Below the pieces are notes generated by a model, which worked only from the letters and a program-made list of their open reading frames with translations, did not search any database and was not told the origin of the DNA. 64,000 nucleotides of DNA, from the NCBI GenBank assembly GCA_022825825.1, contig JAJDWA010000027.1, positions 572 to 64,571 of the forward strand, written 5' to 3'. This DNA is from Candidatus Poribacteria bacterium (GTDB lineage: Bacteria > Poribacteria > WGA-4E > WGA-3G). The first letter of the stretch is position 1. The number at the start of each line of letters is the position of its first letter. The position numbers and the translations under genes were made by a program. Shown here piece by piece: positions 10,497-20,829 of the stretch.

Positions 10497-10582
10497 AAAA
10501 TACCTCCTGGTACATATCGTATGGTTGGGACTATCCAAAATTGTTGTGAAATCTTAATTACTTCTTACTATCCATTACTGTG

Positions 10583-11971
10583 TTATTTACGCCGTTTACG
10601 TTTCCGAGGCTTTCTTTTTTTTCGCTGTGTTTGGGGGAGCATACCCATTTTGCCAGCAATCTTCGGCATTGCCATCGATGTTTGCTGGTTTAGCAGGTTA
10701 TTCATCATTCGGAGTTGGGAAACCAACTGATTAACCTGATTGACCGAAGTACCACTTCCTTTGGATATACGGACTTTCCTACTCCTGTCTAATAGAGCAG
10801 GATTCCCTCGTTCTGCAGGTGTCATAGACTGTATCATGGCTTTGGCATATTTGAGATTATTCTCATCCGGTTGCAGGTCTTTGACAGGTAACTGGTTTTT
10901 AAAAGGAACGAGATCCAACAATTGGTCGAGAGGGCCCATATTTTTAAGTTGTTCAAGCTGCGTGAGAAAATCGTTAAAATCTAACCCCTTTTTCTCTGTT
11001 AGCTTACGTTCCAATTCACGGGCTTGGTCTTCGTTGAAAACAGCCTCTGCTTTTTCCATCAGCGTTTGGAAATCGCCTTGTCCAATAATACGCGACGCCA
11101 TCCGTTCGGGATGAAATTCCTCAAGTGCAGCTGCTTCAATCTTTTCTCCGACACCGATGAATTTAATCGGTTTCTCTGTGACAGAACGGATAGAAAGTGC
11201 CGCACCACCCCGCGCGTCCCCATCCATTTTGGTCAAGATAACACCACTAATATCCAAATCGTTATTGAAATTCTCAGCAACGTTCACAGCGTCCTGACCT
11301 GTCATAGCATCAACAACAAGCAGAATCTCAGAAGGGTTCACCGCATCTTTGATACGCTGTAGTTCTTCCATCAATGTTTCATCAATGTGCAAACGACCTG
11401 CTGTATCTATGATAATGCAATCGTAACCGCGTTTTAGGGCGTCTTGCACCGAATCCTTAGCAATGTCAACAGGGGATACGTCAGTCCCTTGTGCAAAAAC
11501 AGGGGTTTCAATCTGTTCCCCAAGCACCTGCAGCTGCTTGATAGCAGCAGGACGATAAACATCAGCTGCAACGAGCATCGGATTGCGACCGTCCTTACGA
11601 AATTTGAGTGCCAATTTCGCTGCGACTGTAGTCTTACCAGCACCTTGCAAGCCTGCTAACATGACAACTGTCGGCCCGGTGGGCGCAATTTGAATCTTTG
11701 CAGATTCAATCCCCATCAACGTTGTCAATTCCTCTTTGATAATCTTTGCGATTTGAAGCTCAGGTGTGAGGCTGCCCATCACTTCCTGACCAAGCGCACG
11801 CACTTTGATATTTTCTATAAAATCGCGCGTGACCTTATAGTTTACGTCTGCCTCTAAAAAGGCGCGACGCACTTCACGCAGGGAATCAGAGATATTATTC
11901 TCTGTCAATTTTCCTTGACCTTTTATCTTTTTAAAGGTGCTTTGTAATCGTTCGCTTAGACTCTCAAACAT
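10583..11971 (-). CDS. ffh: Signal recognition particle protein Ffh.
   Basis: NG domain with GLQGAGKTT, DTAGRL, and an M-domain basic tail. Confidence 0.92.
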   Translation of the reverse strand: MFESLSERLQSTFKKIKGQGKLTENNISDSLREVRRAFLEADVNYKVTRDFIENIKVRALGQEVMGSLTPELQIAKIIKEELTTLMGIESAKIQIAPTGPTVVMLAGLQGAGKTTVAAKLALKFRKDGRNPMLVAADVYRPAAIKQLQVLGEQIETPVFAQGTDVSPVDIAKDSVQDALKRGYDCIIIDTAGRLHIDETLMEELQRIKDAVNPSEILLVVDAMTGQDAVNVAENFNNDLDISGVILTKMDGDARGGAALSIRSVTEKPIKFIGVGEKIEAAALEEFHPERMASRIIGQGDFQTLMEKAEAVFNEDQARELERKLTEKKGLDFNDFLTQLEQLKNMGPLDQLLDLVPFKNQLPVKDLQPDENNLKYAKAMIQSMTPAERGNPALLDRSRKVRISKGSGTSVNQVNQLVSQLRMMNNLLNQQTSMAMPKIAGKMGMLPQTQRKKRKPRKRKRRK

Positions 11972-11987
11972 GTCTACGCATCCTTTA

Positions 11988-12511
11988 TCAAAGGGATTTA
12001 GTTATAGAATTATAGCAGGTTTTATCGGTTCTGTCAAGTTTTTTTATATACCTGACAATAACTTCGCTGGTATTAATTAAAAGCGGATATCTCCTGGGTG
12101 CTACTTGTCCCGCGATGGTGATATAAGGATGTGAGATCCTTAATTTGCTTTCAAGGGTGATCGTACCTGAAACCGTGAATACGACTATCCGGGGTCCTTT
12201 TGTATCTATTGCCTCGCGCAAGCTGCCGGGTCCGGAGTCGTTCAGATTCGTCACCAAGATGACTTTGCCGCCTCTACCACCGCGAGTGATTGCGCCATAA
12301 CCTTCTGCACCCGGAAATGCGGGAACTTGCGGCGTCTCTGCTGCAAATCCGTTTGGAAGCAGTGTGAGGATGCCAAGACATATAAGCAGTAGGTATTTTA
12401 TTGTGTCAGGACTTACGCATTCCCCTGATAAGGGGGAGGGGGTTTAAAAGTCCCTATTTTGGTGTTTTTAACCCTCTAAATCTCCTTATCAGTGGGACTT
12501 AAAAAAATGCG
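11988..12511 (-). pseudogene. Truncated, frameshifted remnant of a secreted pectate-lyase-like (right-handed beta-helix) protein.
   Basis: The ORF 11988..12257 encodes ...[17 protein letters not shown]... and stops after about 90 aa. Upstream in the same frame is a signal peptide ([41 protein letters not shown]) with no in-frame start. The only ATG (12511..12509; MRKS then stop) is +1 out of frame and lies inside an inverted repeat. Confidence 0.45.
12407..12511. repeat. A roughly 105-bp nested inverted-repeat element.
   Basis: Outer arms tcaggacttacgcat / atgcgtaagtcctga. Inner arms ctgataagg / ccttatcag. A 19-nt copy of the outer arm (acaggacttacgcattttt) recurs at 23147-23165. Confidence 0.55.
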
Positions 12512-12604
12512 TAAGTCCTGAGTTGTTATATTTTATTCTAATTTGCTCCTTTAGTTTTAGCACTCGGATTTTCGTCTCCGTTCAGGACGCAGATATCATC
12601 GTTT

Positions 12605-13186
12605 TCACTCAATATGCATATCTTGGTTTTCTTTTACCAAAGATATAACATAATTTGCGAAGTCATCATTAACCATCAGGTCAGAAATTTTAACGGCTAT
12701 TCGGTTAGCACGTCTTTCATGGTCAATACTGTTGACAAAATCCAAAATATCTTTGCGCGCTTCTTCAGCTGCAACATCAAGAGCTTTGTCAGCACCAAAC
12801 GCCCTTATCATGTCTAACAACTCTGAATCTGATTTGTCCACAAGTTCAGAATTATACTCATCCATAAAGCGTGTTGCGACTCGCCATGCAATTGGTGACA
12901 TAGCCGCAGCTATTTTTTCTTTTCGTATTCTCTCTTTTCGTTCTTTCCAAAGTCTTTCCGCCATCATAATCCCAGACATTATATATCCTCCCAATTCTAT
13001 AAAAAGTGTTGATAATAGTAGAAAGAGTGGAATTAAAGCACTTATGTTGATCAGAGTGGATTGTAATGATTTCTTTTCGTCTATCCATAGCCAATATGGG
13101 AGAATCATTGCCGCTGCAATCCATATTCCTATAGGCATCCACTTCTTGATGATTTCTCGCGCGTTTCCACTCTCTTCTTTAGCCAT
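12605..13186 (-). CDS. Hypothetical membrane protein (2 predicted TM helices plus a soluble C-terminal domain).
   Basis: A 193-aa ORF with hydrophobic segments IGIWIAAAMILPYWLWI and ALIPLFLLLSTLFIELGGYIMSGIM. No recognisable motif. Confidence 0.45.
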   Translation of the reverse strand: MAKEESGNAREIIKKWMPIGIWIAAAMILPYWLWIDEKKSLQSTLINISALIPLFLLLSTLFIELGGYIMSGIMMAERLWKERKERIRKEKIAAAMSPIAWRVATRFMDEYNSELVDKSDSELLDMIRAFGADKALDVAAEEARKDILDFVNSIDHERRANRIAVKISDLMVNDDFANYVISLVKENQDMHIE

Positions 13187-13320
13187 TTATTTAGGTGTTC
13201 GCTTTAAAGGTTGCAATCCAGTGGTAAATCTCAGCGTTCCACTAACGTATTACTATACCACAAAAAGGACTAAATCTCAAGTTATGGTAAAATCTGAATA
13301 TATGTTCACATTTCCCAGCA

Positions 13321-13395
13321 GGTTCGGTTTCTAACCACACCATTTACAAGTTCGGTTAGGAAACCGAACTTGTAAATGCCAAAAAGCATATTTAG
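13321..13395. repeat. Perfect 18-bp-stem hairpin with the GGTTAGGAAACC core.
   Basis: catttacaagttcggtt-agg-aaaccgaacttgtaaatg, preceded by ggttcggtttctaacc. Confidence 0.55.
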
Positions 13396-13444
13396 CGTTA
13401 ATTCGTAGTGTCCAAATAACCACTTGTTTTACAATAAAAGCAAT

Positions 13445-13480
13445 AGGCGCGGTTTGAAACCGCGCCTACAACGAAAATGA
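13445..13480 (-). terminator. Candidate rho-independent terminator for the LamG gene (also a member of the taggcg...cgcctac hairpin family).
   Basis: GC-rich stem aggcgcggttt/aaaccgcgcct, followed on the minus strand by ttgcttttattgtaaaa. Confidence 0.4.
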
Positions 13481-13502
13481 ATATTTCAGATTTTACGGTA
13501 AA

Positions 13503-14297
13503 CTAACGCTGAGTAGCCTTTAGTCTTCCCCATGTAGTCGTCAATTTGCCACGCGCTTCAACAGCCAGATGTTCAGTGATACCACTGTTCATAATGGATT
13601 CAACTTCTTCATGCGTTAACCCGCGTTTCCAGACGTTTAATTCATCCATGAGTCCGTTAAAAGGACGGTTATTGTCGATGTTATACCCAACGCGCGCACC
13701 CTGCCCCCAATCTCCTGCGATAGGCGTTCCTACAAGTGCCTTTTGCTCCTGAACTTTGACACCGTTGATGTAGAGATAAGCCATTCCTTCTTCTCGACTG
13801 AACGTGCCAGCATAATGCACCCAATCTTTGGCTTTATTTGTACCTCCACGGATATCAAATATCTTTACACCACCAGCACTCCGATTCAACCAACGATAAT
13901 TGCCGTCTCCACGTGCCTCCGGGTGTACAAGCCACGTGCTGTCTCCTGCACGGGCATTGAAAATTGCCATATCTGCGACTGCTTCAACATTGATCCAGGC
14001 AACAACACTCATCCCCTCTGTCGGAATATGTTCAGGATCAACGTTTGCACCGTCCAAATCAAGAAAACTACCTGATGCAAAATGTGCAGCTTTTCCAAAC
14101 TTACCATCGTTAGACTGTGTCACCTTTCCCATGATTTTGCCATCATAACCGTACCCGGATTTTTCTATAACATCTCCACCCTTAAACTCTTCAAAATCGA
14201 AATAAAGCACTAAATCCGGATCTAATACATCAGCGGACAAACCGCTCATTTGAAATGTCAATAGTAGACATACGAGAATTACTATACTTTGTTGCAT
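13503..14297 (-). CDS. Secreted LamG/concanavalin-A-like lectin domain protein.
   Basis: Start chosen at MQQSIVILVCLLLTFQMSGLSA (signal peptide; ATG 14297..14295). The body is LamG_3-like (...AHFASGSFLDLDG...FNGLMDELNVWKRGLTHEEV). Confidence 0.65.
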   Translation of the reverse strand: MQQSIVILVCLLLTFQMSGLSADVLDPDLVLYFDFEEFKGGDVIEKSGYGYDGKIMGKVTQSNDGKFGKAAHFASGSFLDLDGANVDPEHIPTEGMSVVAWINVEAVADMAIFNARAGDSTWLVHPEARGDGNYRWLNRSAGGVKIFDIRGGTNKAKDWVHYAGTFSREEGMAYLYINGVKVQEQKALVGTPIAGDWGQGARVGYNIDNNRPFNGLMDELNVWKRGLTHEEVESIMNSGITEHLAVEARGKLTTTWGRLKATQR

Positions 14298-14468
14298 TTG
14301 AGAAGCTCCTTCGTAATAGGTTTTATGGAAGCAATCTCCTGATCGCTGTTCCGTTGTGTTAAGTATATCATTTTTTGCCGATCTCTGCAATTAAAAATCG
14401 TGATAGTTTTTTCTTGATTTTTACACTGTATTGCGGTAAATTAGATTTAAGTACTTTGGAGAAACGAA

Positions 14469-16229
14469 ATGAATATTTCATTCATCGATTGGGCAATTGT
14501 TGTTGGCTATATCCTTTTTGCGCTCGGACTCGGCATCTATTTTTCCAAACGCGCTGGAAAAAACATCAACGAATTTTTTGTCTCTGGACGTAATCTTCCG
14601 TGGTGGTTAGCCGGCACCTCTATGGTCGCGACAACCTTCGCTGCAGATACACCCCTTGCAGTTACTAAGCTCGTTGTAGAAGATGGAATCGCAGGAAATT
14701 GGTTTTGGTGGAACGCTGTTTTGAGCGGCATGTTAGCCACATTTCTATTTTCCCGCCTATGGCGGCGTTCCGAAATCATCACGGATGTAGAATTTACTGA
14801 ACTGCGTTACTCAGGACCTTCAGCAAGTTTTCTGCGCGGTTTCCGCGCCCTTTATATTGGCTTACCGATTAACTGCATTACAATGGGATGGGTAATCCTC
14901 GCAATGCAGAAAATCGTTGTGTTAACCTTTGAGCTCCCGGATGATACGAACACAAAGATATTGGTTGTCATGGGCTGCTTACTTATTGCGGGTATCTATT
15001 GTGTATTATCAGGATTTTGGGGCGTTGTCATAACGGACCTTGTGCAGTTCGGCATGGCGATGGTAGGTTCAATCGCACTTGCAATTATAGCCGTTAATAA
15101 GATAGGCGGAATTGGCGTTCTTAAAGAAAAACTTGTTGATGTCTACGGGGCAGAACACGGCATACTGAATTTTACACCCGACTTTAGTGCTGGTGAAATG
15201 GCTATTATCACTTTTGGTGTGTATCTTGGTATACAGTGGTGGGCATCAAACGATGTAGATGGTACTGGTTTTGTTAAACAACGAATGTTTTCAGCACAAA
15301 ATGAACGGCATTCACTTCTCGCTACATTGTGGTTTAACATTGCGCACTACACGGTACGTCCGTGGCCGTGGATACTTGTCGCATTAGTCGCAATGGTGGT
15401 TTACCCTGATTTACACGATCCCGAACTCGGTTATCCGATGCTAATGCTTGATTATCTACCTGTCGGATTGCTCGGACTCATGCTTACTGCGTTCCTTGCG
15501 GCTTTCATGTCAACTATTGACACACATCTGAACTGGGGGGCATCTTATCTCGTCAACGATTTCTACAAACGTTTTTTCAAACCCGAAGCGACACCTAAAC
15601 ACTATGTTGCTGCCTCGCGCATCTCGGTAATACTTATCATGTTAATCGCAGGCGTGACAAGTTTATTCATGACTTCCATTACGGAGGCATGGAAATTTCT
15701 CATCGCCCTAAATGCTGGCATCGGACTTGTGCAGATTCTGCGATGGTACTGGTGGCGCATTAACGCTTGGTCTGAAATTTCTGCAATGGTAGCATCATTA
15801 ATTGTTTCAATCATTGTATTTGTCCATCCAGCAACGAAGGATGTATTCGCATTCCAAATGTTGATTATCGTGCCAGTTTCTACTGTGGTCTGGATAGTTG
15901 TCACGTTCCTAACAGAGCCTGTTTCAACTGAAACGTTAACTAACTTCTATAAAAGAGTTAGACCAAGTAAAATGGGATGGACGTTGATTGCAGCGGAGGC
16001 AAAAGAAGCATCAGATGAGACAAATAGACAAAACCTTCAAACAGATTCTAAAACGCCTGCTTTGGTTAACTGGGTTATCGGTGTAATCTTCATCTATTCA
16101 TTTTTATTCAGCATCGGCAAACTTCTATTAGGTTTTACCGGCACTGGACTAATTTTTCTATTGATCGCAATTATTACAGGAATAATCATGTATAAAAATT
16201 TACCGCGTAAAGAGAGAAATGACATTTGA
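14469..16229 (+). CDS. Sodium:solute symporter family (SSF) transporter.
   Basis: About 13 TM helices. N-terminus DWAIVVGYILFALGLGIYFSKRAGKNINEFFVSGRNLPWWLAGTSMVATTFAADTPL is a typical SSF signature. Confidence 0.85.
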   Translation: MNISFIDWAIVVGYILFALGLGIYFSKRAGKNINEFFVSGRNLPWWLAGTSMVATTFAADTPLAVTKLVVEDGIAGNWFWWNAVLSGMLATFLFSRLWRRSEIITDVEFTELRYSGPSASFLRGFRALYIGLPINCITMGWVILAMQKIVVLTFELPDDTNTKILVVMGCLLIAGIYCVLSGFWGVVITDLVQFGMAMVGSIALAIIAVNKIGGIGVLKEKLVDVYGAEHGILNFTPDFSAGEMAIITFGVYLGIQWWASNDVDGTGFVKQRMFSAQNERHSLLATLWFNIAHYTVRPWPWILVALVAMVVYPDLHDPELGYPMLMLDYLPVGLLGLMLTAFLAAFMSTIDTHLNWGASYLVNDFYKRFFKPEATPKHYVAASRISVILIMLIAGVTSLFMTSITEAWKFLIALNAGIGLVQILRWYWWRINAWSEISAMVASLIVSIIVFVHPATKDVFAFQMLIIVPVSTVVWIVVTFLTEPVSTETLTNFYKRVRPSKMGWTLIAAEAKEASDETNRQNLQTDSKTPALVNWVIGVIFIYSFLFSIGKLLLGFTGTGLIFLLIAIITGIIMYKNLPRKERNDI

Positions 16230-16978
16230 AAAGTGTAGGAATTATCCCAGCCCGTTATGCCTCCAGTCGTTTTGAGGGAAAAGCGTTAGCAGATATTCTT
16301 GGGAAACCGATGGTCCAGCATGTATATGAACGTGCTTGTGCGTCAAAAATACTGAGCCAAGTTATTGTTGCTACGGATGACCAACGTATCTACGATACTG
16401 TTAAAGGTTTTGGTGGAAATGTACAAATGACGGGTGAGTGTGCTACTGGAACTGATCGAATATCAGTTGTTGCTGAAAAATTGACATGTGATGTTGTTGT
16501 TAACATCCAAGGCGATGAGCCTTTACTTGAACCTGAACAGATAGATATGATGCTGCAACCTTTTATTGAAAAACCGTCTGTTCAAGTCTGTACATTAAAA
16601 GAGCGAATTTACACGATGGAGGATTTTCACAACCGGAACGTCGTTAAAGTTGTTACTAATCTTGAGGGCGATGCGTTGTACTTTTCAAGAGGTTCTATTC
16701 CCAGTACACCTGCAAACAAACAGCAAATCTTCGATGAAAGTGCTTTAGTATATAGACATATTGGATTATATGCTTTTAGAAGAGAGCAACTACTTGCATT
16801 CACATCTTGGGAACGTACCCCTTATGAGATTGCTGAGGGTTTAGAACAGTTACGCTTTTTGGAACACGGGGTTCCTATCCATGTTGTTGAAACCGACATA
16901 CCCCTTATTGGAGTTGATGTACCTGCAGACTTGGAACGGGTAAAACGGATTTTAGAAAAGGGAGGCCCTCATTTTTGA
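16226..16978 (+). CDS. kdsB: 3-deoxy-manno-octulosonate cytidylyltransferase (CMP-Kdo synthetase).
   Basis: GIIPARYASSRFEGKALADILGKPMVQHVYERA...NIQGDEPLLEP. It has a 4-nt overlap with the upstream transporter. Confidence 0.85.
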   Translation: MKSVGIIPARYASSRFEGKALADILGKPMVQHVYERACASKILSQVIVATDDQRIYDTVKGFGGNVQMTGECATGTDRISVVAEKLTCDVVVNIQGDEPLLEPEQIDMMLQPFIEKPSVQVCTLKERIYTMEDFHNRNVVKVVTNLEGDALYFSRGSIPSTPANKQQIFDESALVYRHIGLYAFRREQLLAFTSWERTPYEIAEGLEQLRFLEHGVPIHVVETDIPLIGVDVPADLERVKRILEKGGPHF

Positions 16979-16988
16979 AGGGAAGAAA

Positions 16989-18617
16989 ATGACAAAATAT
17001 ATCTTCGTAACAGGCGGCGTTATCTCAGGAATAGGCAAAGGCATTACAACCGCAGCATTAGGCAGATTGCTCATTAACCGCGGCTTCAAAGTGAATGTCA
17101 TCAAAATTGATCCATATCTCAATGTTGATGCGGGGGTGATGAATCCCTTCCAACACGGTGAGGTGTTTGTCACACACGATGGTGCTGAAACAGACTTAGA
17201 CTTAGGCAATTATGAACGTTTTCTCGGTGTTGACCTGAATAAACATTCTAACTTTACGACTGGATCAGTTTATAAAGAGGTAATAGAAAAAGAGCGGCGC
17301 GGTGATTACCTCGGTCAAACAGTACAGCTGATACCACATATTACGGATGAAATCAAACGCCGTATCTACCAGATTGGAAAAGATAGTGATGTTGACATTG
17401 TCATCACGGAAATCGGGGGCACTATTGGTGATTTTGAAACACCCCCGTTTGTTGAAGCTATCCGACAAATGGCAGTGGAGGTCGGACGCGAAAATACGTT
17501 GTTTCTTCACGTCTCGCTCATCTACACCTTACCCAATGGTGAAAGCAAAAGTAAACCAACCCAACATAGCATTAGAAAACTTCAAGAATTGGGTATCCAC
17601 CCTGATTTACTATTATGCCGCACGAGTCAACATATAGATGAAAGCGTACGTAGAAAAATCGCGCTTCTTTGTGGTATCAGCGAAGATTTTATTTTAGAAG
17701 GTTTAGATACAAAATGCGTAGATGAAATCCCACTCAACTTTGAAGAACAGGGCATGGGGCATCTCGTCGCGAAAAAATTAGGTCTTGAGAGACGCGCAAC
17801 ATTGGATGCTGAATGGATAGCGATGGTGGAAAGACTTAAAAATCCTAAGCATACCACGAACATTGCTATAGTTGGAAAATATACTACTGGGAATGATGCT
17901 TATATCAGTGTCCAAGAGGCTATTAAACATGGTGGTATAGCAAACGAAACAGAGGTTCATATTGAATGGATAGAAGCTGAAATGTTGACAGACCATTCCA
18001 ATTTTGATAAGCTGTTTGAAAATATTGACGGAATTTTAGTCCCTGGTGGATTTGGTGATCGCGGTATTGAAGGGATGATATTAGCAGCTAAATATGCGCG
18101 TGAAAATCATATCCCTTACTTTGGGTTGTGCCTCGGCATGCAGTGTCTCGTAATTGAATTTGCTCGGCACGTTGCTAACCTGAAAAATGCAAACAGCACC
18201 GAAGTTGATGAGAAAACACTGTATCCTGTTATAGATTTGATGTTAGAACAACGTTCAATAGCCGACAAAGGGGCAACGATGCGGCTTGGACATTATCCGT
18301 GTGTTCTTAAGGAAGATACCAAGAGTTACGCAGCATATCAACAACCTATTATTTTAGAACGGCACCGTCATCGTTATGAATTAAATAACGATTTCCGTTC
18401 AGAATTAAAAGACGCGGGACTCAGCTTCAGTGGGGTATCGCCTGATGGGAATCTTGTAGAAATTGCAGAGGTGTCTGATCATCCGTGGATGGTCGGTTCA
18501 CAATTCCATCCTGAATTTCAATCTAAACCTCTCACGCCACATCCGCTATTCTGTGAATTTATTGCAGCGGTACTGCGTTATCAACAAGGAAGAATCAAAG
18601 CAGGAGAGGCATCATGA
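16989..18617 (+). CDS. pyrG: CTP synthase.
   Basis: MTKYIFVTGGVISGIGKGITTAALGRLL...GLCLGMQC...HPEF spans both the synthetase and the GATase domains. Confidence 0.95.
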   Translation: MTKYIFVTGGVISGIGKGITTAALGRLLINRGFKVNVIKIDPYLNVDAGVMNPFQHGEVFVTHDGAETDLDLGNYERFLGVDLNKHSNFTTGSVYKEVIEKERRGDYLGQTVQLIPHITDEIKRRIYQIGKDSDVDIVITEIGGTIGDFETPPFVEAIRQMAVEVGRENTLFLHVSLIYTLPNGESKSKPTQHSIRKLQELGIHPDLLLCRTSQHIDESVRRKIALLCGISEDFILEGLDTKCVDEIPLNFEEQGMGHLVAKKLGLERRATLDAEWIAMVERLKNPKHTTNIAIVGKYTTGNDAYISVQEAIKHGGIANETEVHIEWIEAEMLTDHSNFDKLFENIDGILVPGGFGDRGIEGMILAAKYARENHIPYFGLCLGMQCLVIEFARHVANLKNANSTEVDEKTLYPVIDLMLEQRSIADKGATMRLGHYPCVLKEDTKSYAAYQQPIILERHRHRYELNNDFRSELKDAGLSFSGVSPDGNLVEIAEVSDHPWMVGSQFHPEFQSKPLTPHPLFCEFIAAVLRYQQGRIKAGEAS

Positions 18618-19873
18618 ACAACATTGTTACAGTCCGCTCTGGTGCTTGGCACGGAGATAACGAAGTGATGCTAAATTTTCCAACTGGCTGGGAAGTGGAG
18701 ATGTTAAACTCTAAGGATGCTCCCGCACTTTCTGACGCACAGATTGAGCAGGCATTTGCGGAACCGATCGGGACAAAACGTATTTCTGAATTAGCAAAGG
18801 ATAAAAAAAGTGCTACTATCATCGTAGACGACCTGAGCCGCCCGACTCCAGCATTCAAAGTTATTCCGTTTCTGTTGCAGGAACTTTTTGCAGCGGGTAT
18901 ACCGAAATCAGAAATCCGATTTGTCGTTGGTGTTGGCGCACACCGTCCTATCTCCAAGGAGGAGATGGCAAAGAAGGTTGGGGTTGATATCGCAGCAGAA
19001 TATGAGGTAACTAATCATAATTTCCTCAGCAATGACCTTCGTGCATTAGGGCACCTTAAAAACGGGACGCCTGTCTATATCAATCGCACTGTCGCAGATG
19101 CGGACTTTAAAATTTGTCTTGGTGGTATCTATCCGCATAGCTCAGTCGGTTTTACTGGTGGTGCTAAACTCATTGTCCCAGGTACCGCGGGGTTTTCCAC
19201 GATGTATTATTTTCATACCTTTCCACAAGGACGCGGCCCCGCAGTGATTGAGGGACAAAGCGATGAACCTGATCGTCGCGACACCATTGAAATGGCAGCA
19301 GCTTTACTTGGTCTTGACGCAATCGCCAATGTTGTTCTTAATAGTCAACGTGAAATCTGTGGATTGTTCGTTGGAGATTTCATCAAAGCACACCGTAAGG
19401 GCGCACATTTTGCGATGGATACCTACAAAACGAAAATCCCAGAAACAACCCGCACAGAAAGCGATCTTGTCGTGATTAACTGTTATCCGCTTGATGCTGA
19501 TGCTATTCAACTTGATAAAGCGCTCGCCGCTTTTTCCTATTTTGAAGACGCTTGGACAATAGCACTCTATCCTGCAACTGACGGGACCTGCTTTCACGGA
19601 TTGTTTGACAGACTTGATTATCAAAAGTATCTCCAGCAGAAAGTGGAACACGTACCCACTAAGCCATCATCCGCTCCAAAACTTGGAAGACGATCTCAAC
19701 TACATGTTTGGTCTGAGCATTTTGAAAGAGATGATTTCTACAAGGAATATCCTTCCTCAATGTTATTCCGAGACTTAAATCAGTTAATTCAATTGTTGAC
19801 AGAGAAACTTCCTAAACGCGCCAAAGTTGCTATTTTACCTGTAGCAGGAATTCAGGTTTTAACACCAGAATAA
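18614..19873 (+). CDS. LarA-like (nickel-pincer lactate racemase N-terminal domain / DUF2088) family protein.
   Basis: A 419-aa protein with LarA-N-like blocks (IIVDDLSRPTP..., FVVGVGAHRPISKEEM, GGIYPHSSVGFTGGAKLIVPG). Its start overlaps the pyrG stop by 4 nt. Confidence 0.65.
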   Translation: MNNIVTVRSGAWHGDNEVMLNFPTGWEVEMLNSKDAPALSDAQIEQAFAEPIGTKRISELAKDKKSATIIVDDLSRPTPAFKVIPFLLQELFAAGIPKSEIRFVVGVGAHRPISKEEMAKKVGVDIAAEYEVTNHNFLSNDLRALGHLKNGTPVYINRTVADADFKICLGGIYPHSSVGFTGGAKLIVPGTAGFSTMYYFHTFPQGRGPAVIEGQSDEPDRRDTIEMAAALLGLDAIANVVLNSQREICGLFVGDFIKAHRKGAHFAMDTYKTKIPETTRTESDLVVINCYPLDADAIQLDKALAAFSYFEDAWTIALYPATDGTCFHGLFDRLDYQKYLQQKVEHVPTKPSSAPKLGRRSQLHVWSEHFERDDFYKEYPSSMLFRDLNQLIQLLTEKLPKRAKVAILPVAGIQVLTPE

Positions 19874-19943
19874 TCCCATTATAATAAATCTGATATTTCT
19901 CAAAAGTTGTCATAAATCCATAGTTATCAAAGTTCTTTTGGGT

Positions 19944-20333
19944 TTAGTTCATGAAAATGCTCCATGATTTAAAGAACATCTGTCTTTGTCCAGTGAGTTG
20001 TAGTGGTCCTTGATGAAATGTGCGATGCTCTAAGATGCTCACCTTCAACAACATCAGATCGCTTATCACTTTTGTACCGAGATCCGCGGACGTCCCTTGC
20101 ATGCTTTCTAAACGCATAGCGGACAAATGCAAACTGGATTTCAACTGTCTCCAAAAATGTTCAATCCCGTGGTGTTGAGACCAAATCTTGAGTGCTTCAC
20201 AAGTGCATAGGGGTTTACCAAAGACCAAGAGTGTGCGTCCCTTTCCCATATCTAAAAAGAACAGCGCAATACACGCACCAAATGTTGGACTTGTCGCTTG
20301 CACACGACAGACAGGTTTATCACCACATCCCAT
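19944..20333 (-). pseudogene. C-terminal fragment of an IS4/ISAs1-superfamily DDE transposase (decayed IS).
   Basis: ...LKIWSQHHGIEHFWRQLKSSLHL...R.RS.QG... matches the conserved YxxRWxIE-x-FF-x-LK C-terminal block of DDE_Tnp_1 transposases. No intact N-terminal ORF lies upstream. An IS-type terminal repeat is at 20751-20780. Confidence 0.5.
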
Positions 20334-20750
20334 TGGCCTTTGCGGAGTTATCCGAATTTCTTATGAACCGAAAGTTTCTCAGTCGTCTGCTCTATGGTCA
20401 TTACATAGTTGTTTTTGCTATTGACAAACGGACAGCAAAAGTCCAGTGTCAACGATTTGCGATGTAATACGGTGAAAGCGTGAACAAAGAAGATGTTGAA
20501 AAAACTTGGTAGATTTGATAATCTGATGGTACCTGAGATATCCTCCTAACTATGGTCAAATGATGTTATTTTTTATAATTAGGATGACAACTCATGCGTT
20601 TAAAATCAAGTCAAATTTTCAAAATAAACGCATTTTCATGGCTTTAGACCCTCTTTGTATTGATGTTTAGTAGGTTCTGAGCAATTCAGATAAATATCAG
20701 ATAAATTAATCTTCATTCAAGGGGAATGCGTCTGTCCTATCAAAATTGAA

Positions 20751-20780
20751 TTCTTTTATCAAACTCACGTTATAGTAGAC
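20751..20780. repeat. Solo copy of the MITE/IS terminal repeat, adjacent to the transposase remnant.
   Basis: ttcttttatcaaactcacgttatagtagac is nearly identical to 35661-35695 (ttcttttatcaagctcacgttatagtatac). Confidence 0.55.
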
Positions 20781-20829
20781 ATATATGTGATTCATACAGC
20801 GTATGTTAATAACTATTAAGGAGATTTCA

